Part shown: in pieces, positions 63,750 through 64,000 of the stretch
Layout: every line of letters begins with the position of its first letter
How positions within the stretch are numbered: the stretch's first letter is position 1
From: Vicugna vicugna
Lineage: Eukaryota
DNA: 64,000 bases
Reading direction: 5' to 3'
NCBI GenBank assembly: GCA_013265495.1
Contig: MU061579.1
Span: forward strand, 3,779,319 to 3,843,318
Program-made: the position numbers and the translations under genes
Notes under the pieces: generated by a model
The model's input: only the letters and a program-made list of their open reading frames with translations
Told to the model about the DNA's origin: nothing
Databases searched by the model: none

Positions 63750-64000
63750 TCCTTCCAAGTCCTATCATTTTCCATCCCTCACTTCAAATGATGCCCCTTC
63801 AGGGAAGAGTCTCTCATCTCCCTAGGGGAGGTCTATATGCTCCTACAAAATATTGTTCATGTAACTATCAAAGTATTTACCAGATTTGAGTGCAATTTTC
63901 TCTGCTTCACCCAACAGACCCCTTGAAAGTAGGCACCACAATTCACGCATTTTTCTTTTTCCAGCGATACCAGAGTATCTGACATGTACTAGCTGCCTAA
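63750..64000 (+). mobile_element. L2 3' fragment running off the window end
   Basis: TTCAAATGATGCCCCTTCAGGGAAG...CCCAACAGACCCCTTGAAAGTAGG...TATCTGACATGTA. Confidence 0.6.

Noticed and set aside
1..64000. A novel multi-gene system, CRISPR array or prokaryotic/viral insert
   Set aside because: No long ORFs, operon-like arrangement, repeat-spacer array or compositional island; everything recognisable is mammalian interspersed repeat or unique non-coding DNA.

Overview
AT-rich (roughly one-third GC by eye, not counted), CpG-depleted mammalian non-coding DNA, either intergenic or deep intronic. The source is most likely a camelid (alpaca/llama/camel), based on a tRNA-Ala-derived vic-1-type SINE and cetartiodactyl/camelid-type L1 3' UTRs. 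I found no credible protein-coding exon, RNA gene, processed pseudogene or CRISPR array. The only ORFs with recognisable protein similarity are broken LINE-1 ORF2 fragments (26.0-27.7 kb and 51.1-53.3 kb). The window is a layered transposon landscape: MIR, long L2 remnants, old L1M 3' ends, MaLR (MLT1), ERVL (MLT2 and a solo LTR with an exact 5-bp TSD), ERV1 LTRs (MER31/MER34/MER67-like) and one hAT element (MER94-like). The most notable observations are a young L1 inserted with an exact 16-bp TSD into an older L1 that itself sits in an L2, a three-level LTR nesting, an inverted pair of same-family LTRs, and a strong CTCF motif with co-oriented weaker copies near a full CRE. I see no evidence for a new biological system. 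Repeat family names come from recalled consensus sequences rather than a database search, and boundaries of old repeats are approximate.
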